From the IMG/VR virus record IMGVR_UViG_3300044568_004364: a DNA stretch of 64,000 nt, one strand, 5' to 3'. Source of the stretch: a virus. Every line of letters starts with the position of its first letter. The stretch's first letter is position 1. Positions 9,425 through 17,180 of this stretch are shown here, piece after piece. The translations under genes and the position numbers were made by a program. Under the pieces are notes generated by a model. That model was given only the letters and a program-made list of their open reading frames with translations. It was not told the origin of the DNA and did no database searches.

Positions 9425-10198
9425 TTATTTATGTCTTCCAAATTTCCATCCATCAGGAGGTAATTCATTTTTTTCAATACGTGCAGATTTTGTTCCATTG
9501 TTAATCCAAACAGTATCAACACTTGAAAATTTCATATTACCAGAATCAATTTGTTTACGCATTCGAATTTTAGCCGAATCAGAAAGTTTTTTTCTAGTTT
9601 TTTTATCTAGTGTTTTACCTTTTCTATTTTTTATTTTTAATAAATGAAGACATTCAGATGAGCACGTTTTATATGTCTTAGAACATTTAAGCTTTAAAAA
9701 AGTACAATTACATATAACACATGTAAAAATTATTTCTATATTTTTCCACTTATTTCTTCCTAAAATCCATCCTTCTGGTATTTTGTCTTCTTTTAATATT
9801 TTTTTATTTTCTTGTAATTCAATATTGCACATCCAACGAGTTCCATATTGTGAATTGCACTCACCACTTTGAGAAATTTTCATACGTTTTGATGCCAATT
9901 TAGAGTGATGTTTTCGAATTTCTTCATACAGACGAGAATTCTTAATATAGGATATACTGCGCTCTTCACATCGCATCGCCATCATATGGCATGCATGAAT
10001 TGTTTGACTATTCTTATGAATCTTATAAAGAAGGATGTGGGCGATCCAATGTTCTCTTCCAGTTAAAACTACTAGATTAGAAGTATCATCAGATCCGCCC
10101 ATTGATTTCATCAAGATATGGTGCTTTTCAGTATATCCAGTTGCCGGATTATTTTGTCGATATGAAATTAGATTATCGTAAATACGTTGGTAGTTCAT
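9425..10198 (-). CDS. HNH homing endonuclease
   Basis: MNYQRIYDNLI...EKHHI...GGSD..NLV.LT.REH..AH; WINNG-type C-terminal repeats; late promoter at 10204-10211. Confidence 0.9.
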   Translation of the reverse strand: MNYQRIYDNLISYRQNNPATGYTEKHHILMKSMGGSDDTSNLVVLTGREHWIAHILLYKIHKNSQTIHACHMMAMRCEERSISYIKNSRLYEEIRKHHSKLASKRMKISQSGECNSQYGTRWMCNIELQENKKILKEDKIPEGWILGRNKWKNIEIIFTCVICNCTFLKLKCSKTYKTCSSECLHLLKIKNRKGKTLDKKTRKKLSDSAKIRMRKQIDSGNMKFSSVDTVWINNGTKSARIEKNELPPDGWKFGRHK

Positions 10199-10226
10199 AA
10201 ATGTATTTATACAAATGTGAACTTTA

Positions 10227-10285
10227 CGAACCCCGGACCTCACGGTTCGTAGCCGTGTGCTCTGATCCAGCTGAGCTAAGAGTGC
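10227..10285 (-). pseudogene. 5' part of disrupted tRNA-Arg(ACG), ending at GGTTCG
   Basis: GCACTCTTAGCTCAGCTGGATCAGAGCACACGGCTACGAACCGTGAGGTCCGGGGTTCG followed by unrelated DNA. Confidence 0.88.
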
Positions 10286-10342
10286 ATAAAAAAAAGACTG
10301 CAAGATGCAGCCTCTTTCCGTTAAAGTTATTCTTGTTAAGAT

Positions 10343-11035
10343 TTAAAATTTTGCGGCAACTTGTACTGCTTTAGCAATATCTTTGAATTTATTGTTATCA
10401 TCTGCTTTAATTAGCACACCTTCAGAACTAAATGAAGAATATTTTGACCAAGGCGTACTGCCATCACCTGTGTTTATGAGACCAGATGGTAACTTGACAA
10501 ATCTCTTTGCACCATCTTTATAAACTACGCAACCAGAACCACAATAGATCATGTCATTAACTGGCTGACCGTTTACTGCTTCAGCATCTTTATTATTTGC
10601 TTTAAGACCGCCGTCAATCATTGGCTCGCCAATACGATCTTCATTTGCAGCTAAAAAGCTATCATAATTGTGTGGTCCCTTTTTAGTCCAAACTGTAATA
10701 TTTGGATCAGATTGGCCACTTGCTTCGTGTAGCCCAGGCATTGCCAAAATAGCTTTCTTAAGATCACCAAGTTTAACCTTAGCACTAAAACCATCTTTAT
10801 CAATTAATCCACCCTTTACAGTCTTGTCTTTATATACAAGTTCGGAACCGTCAAAGTAAAGATTTTTTGAACCGCCAGTAGCAGCTTTAATCTTTGGATC
10901 CTTCACAAGATGCGTAATGATTTCAGTTTCACTCTCAAAGTCAGAGAGTGTTGAAGCGTCATTGAGTGTATATTCTTTCACTGCTGCTTCAGATAGCAAG
11001 AAATTCTTTGCGATGTTAATTAGACCGTCTTTCAT
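10343..11035 (-). CDS. Hypothetical late protein
   Basis: Start MKDGLINIAK behind TATAAATA at 11050-11057. Confidence 0.7.
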   Translation of the reverse strand: MKDGLINIAKNFLLSEAAVKEYTLNDASTLSDFESETEIITHLVKDPKIKAATGGSKNLYFDGSELVYKDKTVKGGLIDKDGFSAKVKLGDLKKAILAMPGLHEASGQSDPNITVWTKKGPHNYDSFLAANEDRIGEPMIDGGLKANNKDAEAVNGQPVNDMIYCGSGCVVYKDGAKRFVKLPSGLINTGDGSTPWSKYSSFSSEGVLIKADDNNKFKDIAKAVQVAAKF

Positions 11036-11069
11036 AATAGTTATATGTTTATTTATAATAATTGATTTT

Positions 11070-11145
11070 TGGCACGGAGAGTGAGAATCGAACTCACCCA
11101 ACAAGATTTGGAGTCTCGTTCGCCAGCCTTGGGACATGCCTCCGC
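11070..11145 (-). tRNA. tRNA-Trp(CCA)
   Basis: Loop CTCCAAA, GCCA end, irregular D arm. Confidence 0.85.
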
Positions 11146-11166
11146 ATAATCATATTTATAATAAAA

Positions 11167-11243
11167 TGGTACGCCCACTCGGATTCTAACCGAGGATCTA
11201 TCCATTATGAGTGGATTGCTTTGGAACGCTAAGCTATAGGCGT
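11167..11243 (-). tRNA. tRNA(CAT), probably Ile2
   Basis: Loop CTCATAA; 5' end ACGCCTATAGCT resembles the Ile(GAT) gene. Confidence 0.8.
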
Positions 11244-11253
11244 ATTTGAAAAT

Positions 11254-11333
11254 TGGTACTCCTGATGGGGGATTGAACCCATGACCTCCCACTTATAAGG
11301 CGGGTGCTCTGACCACGACTGAGCTACAGGAGC
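11254..11333 (-). tRNA. tRNA-Ile(TAT)
   Basis: Loop CTTATAA, ACCA end, bulged T stem. Confidence 0.8.
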
Positions 11334-11337
11334 ATTA

Positions 11338-11412
11338 TGGTCCACACTGACCGTAACGATCGGTCCTCTCAAGATTTTCAGTCTTGTGCTAATCCATCTC
11401 AGCTAAGTGTGG
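11338..11412 (-). tRNA. tRNA-Phe(GAA)
   Basis: Loop CTGAAAA, T loop ATCGTTA. Confidence 0.87.
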
Positions 11413-11419
11413 AGAAAGT

Positions 11420-11494
11420 TGGTAGACGTTCTGGGTAATGCTCCCAGTTCTCATGGTTAAAAGCCATGTGCTTCACTATTAAAGCTTAACGTCC
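11420..11494 (-). tRNA. tRNA-Lys(TTT)
   Basis: Loop CTTTTAA, T loop AGCATTA. Confidence 0.87.
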
Positions 11495-11498
11495 GTTA

Positions 11499-11575
11499 TG
11501 GTACGACTAGAAGGATTTGAACCTTCGACCCCAGCTTTATCAAAGCTGTGCTCTGACCATCTGAGCTATAGTCGT
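11499..11575 (-). tRNA. tRNA-Ile(GAT)
   Basis: Cloverleaf, CCA. Confidence 0.93.
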
Positions 11576-11585
11576 ATTAAAAAAG

Positions 11586-11658
11586 TGGAGATGACAGAAC
11601 TCGAATCTGCAACATCCTGCGTGCAAGGCAAGCGCTCTACCAATTGAGCTACATCCCC
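11586..11658 (-). tRNA. tRNA-Ala(TGC)
   Basis: G3:U70 acceptor; CCA not fully encoded. Confidence 0.9.
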
Positions 11659-11667
11659 TTTGAAGTT

Positions 11668-11746
11668 TGGTGGTTGTGATAGGATTTGAACCTATATACT
11701 TAGACTTATGAAATCTACTTCTTACCAAGTCGAAATTCACACAACC
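11668..11746 (-). tRNA. tRNA-Met(CAT), elongator-like
   Basis: Loop TTCATAA, ACCA end. Confidence 0.85.
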
Positions 11747-11754
11747 ATTGAAAA

Positions 11755-11832
11755 TGGTCAGAGAGGCAGGATTTGAACCTGCGTTGTTCCTAGTTCCAAA
11801 CTAGGTGTGTTAGACCGCTCCACCACCCTCTG
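11755..11832 (-). tRNA. tRNA-Pro(TGG)
   Basis: Cloverleaf, CCA. Confidence 0.93.
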
Positions 11833-11845
11833 ATAAAAATTAAGT

Positions 11846-11929
11846 TGAAACACTTCTGCAAGATATACATACTCTTCGTCCGAAGACTTCAGCCATCACG
11901 CTGGTGGAAGAGCCCGTCCCTATGTTTCA
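11846..11929 (-). ncRNA. Candidate structured RNA (three-way junction, UUCG tetraloop)
   Basis: TGAAACA/TGTTTCA, GCTCTTC/GAAGAGT, GTC-TTCG-GAC. Confidence 0.5.
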
Positions 11930-11952
11930 TGAGCCCGTTTAGGTAAATTAGA

Positions 11953-12025
11953 ACTAGACTGTAGATTGAAGCCTACACTTCTCACGTACTGTCGTGAGGT
12001 CCTTAACGCTTAGACGAAGTCTAGT
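11953..12025 (-). ncRNA. Degenerate tRNA-like RNA with 8-bp acceptor
   Basis: ACTAGACT/AGTCTAGT, CTCACG/CGTGAG, TGTAG/CTACA. Confidence 0.5.
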
Positions 12026-12029
12026 AAAT

Positions 12030-12193
12030 TGGATGACACACGCTGAAGTTTGAGAGGCAGAAATTTGTTCAAGTATCCGGTCTTGTCGAGATATTGTTTT
12101 GTTTCGGTCTAAAAGACTTACTCCGTAAATCCGCACTCGCAGTCACCCTCTCTTATGGTCTCGTAAATTACATCAGCTAGACCGTCTGTGTCA
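12030..12193 (-). ncRNA. CCA-ended ~164-nt non-tRNA RNA
   Basis: TGACACA/TGTGTCA+TCCA, GCTGA/TCAGC, GAGAGG/CCTCTC. Confidence 0.55.
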
Positions 12194-12197
12194 AAAT

Positions 12198-12271
12198 TGG
12201 TACGCCATGTGGGAGTCGAACCCACGCCTCGAACTTGGAAGGATCACGTGCTACCGTAACACTTATAGCGC
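12198..12271 (-). tRNA. tRNA-Gly(TCC)
   Basis: Cloverleaf, CCA. Confidence 0.9.
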
Positions 12272-12280
12272 TTTTGAAAA

Positions 12281-12356
12281 TGGCTCCCGAGGCACGACTC
12301 GAACGTGCAACATCTGAGTTAACAGCTCAGCGCATCTACCATTGAGCTACTCGGGA
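12281..12356 (-). tRNA. tRNA-Asn(GTT)
   Basis: Cloverleaf, GCCA. Confidence 0.93.
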
Positions 12357-12365
12357 GTTGAAAAT

Positions 12366-12530
12366 TGGTATGTCCATAGCATTGCGGCCTACGACTCACT
12401 TAGGACTGAAGCTAGCTACTGAAGATCGTAGCGATCTTTAATTATGATACACTGACATTATCTTCAGCACGGAATTTCAAGCCTGTATGCATACACATAT
12501 GCACCTAACTCACCGAATAGTATCATAATT
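12366..12530 (-). ncRNA. CCA-ended ~165-nt multi-hairpin RNA
   Basis: 11-bp AATTATGATAC/GTATCATAATT stem, TGCATA/TATGCA, AAGATCG/CGATCTT, ends ATACCA. Confidence 0.5.
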
Positions 12531-12535
12531 GAAAT

Positions 12536-12612
12536 TGGAGCCTCCTATCCGACTTGAACGGATAACCTGCTCATTACAAATGAGCTGCTACTGCCAATTG
12601 AGCTAAGGAGGC
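12536..12612 (-). tRNA. tRNA-Thr(TGT)
   Basis: Cloverleaf, TCCA. Confidence 0.93.
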
Positions 12613-12623
12613 ATTAAAGAAAG

Positions 12624-12720
12624 TGGATTTGAGCAGTCAGGTTGTCATCCTGATAGTGACTAGCCAGAGAATGGAGGAGTTGAACCTCCTTTTACTTAGT
12701 CCGAGTTCTCGCTGCTCAAA
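12624..12720 (-). ncRNA. CCA-ended RNA with an internal T arm
   Basis: TTTGAGCAG/CTGCTCAAA+TCCA; GGAGG-TTCAACT-CCTCC. Confidence 0.6.
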
Positions 12721-12722
12721 AA

Positions 12723-12798
12723 TGGTCCGCGGTCATGGACTTGCACCATATTCGCTGCCGTCACAAGGCAGGACATTACTACATATGCTAACCTCGGA
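12723..12798 (-). tRNA. tRNA-His(GTG)
   Basis: Loop TTGTGAC; U-1:A73 instead of G-1:C73. Confidence 0.85.
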
Positions 12799-12804
12799 AT
12801 AAAA

Positions 12805-12893
12805 TGGTGTACGCGGTTGGAATCGAACCAACGATGTTTCTGATGAGCAGGGTTACAGTCTGCCGCCACACAACCAACAGTAGCCTCACGTAC
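12805..12893 (-). tRNA. tRNA-Tyr(GTA)
   Basis: Cloverleaf, long variable arm. Confidence 0.9.
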
Positions 12894-12903
12894 TTTTGAA
12901 AAT

Positions 12904-12978
12904 TGGTACTGCCACGGGGAGTTGAACCCCGCTCTAATGGTTGAAAACCATTTGTCCTAACCGATAGACGATGGCAGC
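12904..12978 (-). tRNA. tRNA-Glu(TTC)
   Basis: Cloverleaf, CCA. Confidence 0.93.
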
Positions 12979-12992
12979 GTTGGAAAATTAGA

Positions 12993-13127
12993 TGAACATC
13001 AAGCGAAGCAAAATACGGAATCGAACCGTCCCTCCCGTTTTCACGACGGGCGCGCAAGCCATTACACAATAATTGCCATCTTTGACTCAAGGCCTGCAAG
13101 CCTCTCTTCTCAGAGTCTCGATGTTCA
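12993..13127 (-). ncRNA. RNA with a tRNA-like domain nested in an outer stem
   Basis: TGAACATCGAG/CTTGATGTTCA encloses a cloverleaf at 13007-13077. Confidence 0.6.
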
Positions 13128-13154
13128 CTTAACGAGAGTTGCAGCTCTCAAAAT

Positions 13155-13233
13155 TGGTCTCCTAGGTGAGAGTCGAACTCACAATATCACCGCCCCTTGA
13201 AGGCAGTCGCTTTGCCAGTTTGCGTACACGGAG
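13155..13233 (-). tRNA. tRNA-Leu(CAA) with short variable arm
   Basis: Loop TTCAAGG, ACCA end, two acceptor mismatches. Confidence 0.8.
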
Positions 13234-13479
13234 GATTGAAAAATTGTACGGTGTTTTCTTTGGATTCAGATCACCGAAATTCTGAATAATCATTGCATTC
13301 GTAATAGCTGCAGCGTTAACCACAGTTACAATAGTAACGAAATTAGTACTGCCACGGGGGAGTTGAAATGGGAGTGTACGCAGAACCTTCTACTGCAACA
13401 TGGGTTTGTAAGCCACTATCAACGCACGATACACTGGCATGCTGTTGGTATTCTCTCAATATGAATATTGAGATTAAAT

Positions 13480-13554
13480 TGGTTGCGGCGGGTGGGATTC
13501 GAACCCACGTGCACGGCTTATGAGACCGTTGAGTTACCTCTACTCTACCCCGCG
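13480..13554 (-). tRNA. Initiator-like tRNA-Met(CAT)
   Basis: CGCGGGG start, C1:A72 mismatch, AACCA end. Confidence 0.88.
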
Positions 13555-13913
13555 ATTGAAAATCTTAACTGTAACGGTATCACAGTCATGCTCCGATGGG
13601 ACTACCCATACTGTTGAAAATGTTCGGTCTTTTCTTTTACATCAGGCGACCGACACCCTGATGGCGTGCATATTATACGATATATGCAAACGAGTAAAAT
13701 TATTGACTACTCATAAAAACCTCGTTTATGATGACACCTATTTGTGCTCGCTTGGGCGTTTCAGGTACTCCCTCGTCATGAACCTTGAATTACTATTTAT
13801 ATATTGTTGAGATATTATATATACTTTTTTATGAAAGTAAATAACTTTTTTTCAACTTTTTTCTTGATCGGAACAGCTTCGATTTATTTACCGTTGCCGT
13901 TCGTTACGAGATT

Positions 13914-13942
13914 ATTATACACTATTTTTTGCGCAATGTAAA
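13914..13942 (-). promoter_or_regulatory. Early promoter of the tRNA cluster (late TATAAATA also at 13794-13801)
   Basis: TTTACA-N17-TATAAT. Confidence 0.75.
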
Positions 13943-13996
13943 TAACTTTATGCAAAAAAATGCATATTCCTATATTGTATATGGTGTAAAAGACGC

Positions 13997-14035
13997 AAAA
14001 AACCGCATCTAAGCACGCGGCCAGATGCGGTTTTT
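13997..14035. terminator. Bidirectional intrinsic terminator
   Basis: AAAAAACCGCATCT...AGATGCGGTTTTT. Confidence 0.75.
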
Positions 14036-14053
14036 ATGAAATATGAGATGACC

Positions 14054-14737
14054 TTATGAGTCTTTCTTAGATTTTTTGGCAGTCTTAGGAGTAGGCTGTG
14101 GTGCCGCTGAGGCAGCTTCTGCAGCCTCACGTGCTGCAGTGCGTGCCTCAAGACGTGTCATTACTTCGGCTGCAGTCATCCAAATGTCACGGTCTTCAAT
14201 CATATCTTTAATTTCAGCTTCACTCAAGAAGTCCGTATACATATCCTTAAAGAGACGTTCACTCCATCCACGCTCGTGAATTAAGCAGCTATACATCTCG
14301 CCACCTTTGCCCATTGTTTGTGAGCTATAGTTGTGAAACAAGAATACACTATGATCAGTAATCATATATTCATCTGCCATAAGGAAGATAAGAGTTGCTG
14401 CGCTCATGCATGCTCCTTCAACACTTGCAATGATATGCGCTTCCGTTTCAGATAGTGCTTGTAAGAATTGAATGGTTGTAAAGATGTTACCGCCTGGGCA
14501 ATTAATGTGAAGTTTAATTACATCAGTTGGGCGGCTATTACGTATATCATGAAACCAATCAACATATTCTGATGGGTCACCAATAGTATCACTAAGGTAA
14601 TATTCCTTTACTGCTCCATAGTCATTTGCATATGAATGCGTATTGTCAGGTTTGAATAGTTTGCCGAATAGTTCGGCGTTATTTTTATTTTTATTATTTT
14701 TATGCATGTCCGAATAGTTTACTTTTATTGTATTCAT
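14054..14737 (-). CDS. ClpP-family protease
   Basis: INCPGG, CMSAAT and LFH motifs; true start may be slightly downstream. Confidence 0.85.
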   Translation of the reverse strand: MNTIKVNYSDMHKNNKNKNNAELFGKLFKPDNTHSYANDYGAVKEYYLSDTIGDPSEYVDWFHDIRNSRPTDVIKLHINCPGGNIFTTIQFLQALSETEAHIIASVEGACMSAATLIFLMADEYMITDHSVFLFHNYSSQTMGKGGEMYSCLIHERGWSERLFKDMYTDFLSEAEIKDMIEDRDIWMTAAEVMTRLEARTAAREAAEAASAAPQPTPKTAKKSKKDS

Positions 14738-15416
14738 TTATTGTATCTATCAACCCAGGAACCCAGGTGTCTCTCTTCTCAACAAAAACGAGAGGCTCTG
14801 TTGAATTTTCAACGGCCATAAGTATTACTAGTTGTGGCACAGGTATACCAGTGCGTTCTTCAAACATGATTGCATATGCTGCAGCCTGCATGAAATAGCT
14901 CTGTATATGATCACGTGTCTTTACACGAGAGCTTGTCTTAAAGTCAACAATACTATGTTTACCATTAAATTTTGCAACAAGATCCACACGACCTGCAACG
15001 CCAAGATGATTGCTATAAAGAGGACATTCTTGTAGCACAACTTCATCAATGTTTGCGTCAATGATAGTTTGTATTGCGCCAAACATACCCTTCACGTGAG
15101 GCATTTCTTGAGGATCAAAATAGTGCTCTTCATTATTAAGATAACGCTCTGCAATGGTATGCATTGCAGTACCACGTGTTGCAGCATGCCGCATAACACG
15201 ATTTGCTTCTTCTTCGCCTACACGTGCGCGCCATTCACGTATACCATCCTTGCTAAGTACACTTAATACTGTTGTAATGCTAGGATAACGACGTCCGTCT
15301 GGTGTAACATATTGGCGTCCAGTTTTTCCAGTGACTGCATCAAGATCGTCATAATCTAGCTTAACAGGAGTGTGCTTGAAACATTTGCGAGCTATCTTCA
15401 TTTTAAATAGTCCCAT
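14700..15416 (-). CDS. PD-(D/E)XK exonuclease
   Basis: YPSITTVL, RGTAMH, GRVD, DFKT, Q..AY. Confidence 0.88.
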   Translation of the reverse strand: MGLFKMKIARKCFKHTPVKLDYDDLDAVTGKTGRQYVTPDGRRYPSITTVLSVLSKDGIREWRARVGEEEANRVMRHAATRGTAMHTIAERYLNNEEHYFDPQEMPHVKGMFGAIQTIIDANIDEVVLQECPLYSNHLGVAGRVDLVAKFNGKHSIVDFKTSSRVKTRDHIQSYFMQAAAYAIMFEERTGIPVPQLVILMAVENSTEPLVFVEKRDTWVPGLIDTINEYNKSKLFGHA

Positions 15417-15558
15417 TCAGTAAAGATATTACGGTGTGTTTCTTTGTTTTTGCGTGCATCTTCAAAGCGGCTATTCTTTTGCTTATATTTACGCGCACCT
15501 TCATCTACATTACGTTTATTACGATCTCGATTTTTTTTACCTTTTTTCATAAGTACTT

Positions 15559-15816
15559 TTATCGTGTTTCAATTTTACTTTGTCTTCCGCTACTCTTCTT
15601 AACCTTATTTAATACATCATTCCATCCGCTCCCTGCGCGTTGCAATACAGTCAACCCACCAGCATATGAAAGCGCCGGTGCGGCTATAGTTCGCATTACA
15701 CAATCGACGCATTTGCAATGTGGACAAGAATCTGCGCACGGCGCGTCACGAGAATCCAAAGGTAGCCTTAGATCCCATACGGCGGCACAACTCTTGCAGT
15801 TATATGAATATGTCAT
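15559..15816 (-). CDS. FmdB-like zinc-ribbon protein
   Basis: Y.Y.CxxC...CPxC. Confidence 0.75.
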   Translation of the reverse strand: MTYSYNCKSCAAVWDLRLPLDSRDAPCADSCPHCKCVDCVMRTIAAPALSYAGGLTVLQRAGSGWNDVLNKVKKSSGRQSKIETR

Positions 15817-15819
15817 ATT

Positions 15820-16263
15820 TTAAATTCCTAGGTCCGTGAATGCCTTTTTAACCAATGAAGGCGTAAGCGTCGAATATTTTTTAGTCAACGCTTTATCTTT
15901 CATAGCAATAAAAATCTCAGCATCCTTTTCACATACCTCTTCAAGCAGACGAATAAAGGACATCTCCTTTTTCATTTTAGGCCAACGTGGATTTCCTACA
16001 AGTAGTAATGGCAGCATATTAACATGTTTTTTCATTGACATGTGCATCATACCAGCTGGCGATGGATTAACCGTATATGGAGGAGCGCCTGCCGGCAAGT
16101 CAAAAACAATATCAGCTCTAAAGGCTGCTTGTAAGATTGTTTTTAATTCATAACTCTCATTCTCTTGTAGCAGCGCAATTCTATCTGCCTGTTTATCAGC
16201 AGTCTGCACGGCTTCAAATACCTCAAACGGTAATTTATTTACATTATTTTTTGCTGTTTTCAT
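15820..16263 (-). CDS. Conserved T4-like hypothetical protein
   Basis: LPAGAPPY...KKEMSFIRLLE...AMKDK, typical neighbour of rnh. Confidence 0.7.
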   Translation of the reverse strand: MKTAKNNVNKLPFEVFEAVQTADKQADRIALLQENESYELKTILQAAFRADIVFDLPAGAPPYTVNPSPAGMMHMSMKKHVNMLPLLLVGNPRWPKMKKEMSFIRLLEEVCEKDAEIFIAMKDKALTKKYSTLTPSLVKKAFTDLGI

Positions 16264-16274
16264 AATCTACATTC

Positions 16275-17144
16275 TTATTTATATGTGAAAAATTCTTCGG
16301 CACAATCTACCAACATATTACATCTTTTGGAGATAAGATAATTTAATACCTTACTGTTGGATTTTGCTGGTGCCGCGGCATAAGCTTCATTGATTTTTTG
16401 TACCACTTCATCAGGTATACACGATAAGTCAATGACACGTGAATTGCGAGAATAGTTACGATAGACGTCATCTGGCATAACGTCCCTAAGGTTGCCTTTT
16501 TTCAGTGCAGCATACCATTCATCAATCTTCTTAGCGCTTAATGGTTTTTGACGTCCACCGTCAACAAACACGCGATCTTCAGAGAGTACATTTGGTACAC
16601 CATCTCCGCTGTCCCCACGGAAGATATGTTCACATAGGTAACGATGTGGATTTGAGTCTGTAATTAGTTTTTTAGTCATTGGACTAAATTGAGTTACATT
16701 ATCATACTTTTGCAGCTGGATAAAATCTTTATCAGCGCTAATGATCATGACTGGTTCATAAGAACCAAACTCTTGTGTATTTTCAACAAGTGTTGCAATA
16801 ACATCATCGGCTTCTGCGTGTGGTGCACCAACAACACTATATGGCATATGCTCTATAATCTCATCACGTACTGTATTAATAATGCCAAAGATCATATCCC
16901 AATCTAATGGAGATGAGTCTCTATTCTTTTTGCGTGATGCCTTATATTCAGGATAATATTTTTTGCGCCAACTTCCACTGTCAACAGCGAGAATCATGCG
17001 TCCATACTTATCACGGTATTTGACATTATACATTCTCAAGCTATTGAGAATAATATGACGCATAAAATCTTCAGTAATATTTCCCCGCGCTGATTGAGAG
17101 AAGATTCCCGCAATAGCAATTCCGCTATAGTCTACAATTTGCAT
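16275..17144 (-). CDS. rnh: T4-type RNase H (5'-3' exonuclease)
   Basis: WRK..YPEYKA.R, EADD, SADKDF.QL, GDSGDGVPN. Confidence 0.93.
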   Translation of the reverse strand: MQIVDYSGIAIAGIFSQSARGNITEDFMRHIILNSLRMYNVKYRDKYGRMILAVDSGSWRKKYYPEYKASRKKNRDSSPLDWDMIFGIINTVRDEIIEHMPYSVVGAPHAEADDVIATLVENTQEFGSYEPVMIISADKDFIQLQKYDNVTQFSPMTKKLITDSNPHRYLCEHIFRGDSGDGVPNVLSEDRVFVDGGRQKPLSAKKIDEWYAALKKGNLRDVMPDDVYRNYSRNSRVIDLSCIPDEVVQKINEAYAAAPAKSNSKVLNYLISKRCNMLVDCAEEFFTYK

Positions 17145-17180
17145 ACGGTTTATTATATACTAATTTGCCTAGTTTGTAAA

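Noticed and set aside
9289-10226. Group I intron in tRNA-Arg
   Set aside because: Almost no non-coding room for a ribozyme core, about 7 nt of the tRNA are lost, and a substitute tRNA is present.
11846-12193. Hammerhead ribozymes (CTGAAG..CGAA and CTGATG..CGAAAC)
   Set aside because: The CUGANGA core and the required stems are not satisfied.
7456-13810. Short ORFs over tRNA/tmRNA genes and the 5' extensions of ORFs 9425-10303 and 10343-11137
   Set aside because: They overlap RNA genes; better starts lie behind late promoters.
14700-15416. Cas4/CRISPR adaptation gene
   Set aside because: Lacks the four-Cys cluster and sits in the usual T4-like exonuclease context.
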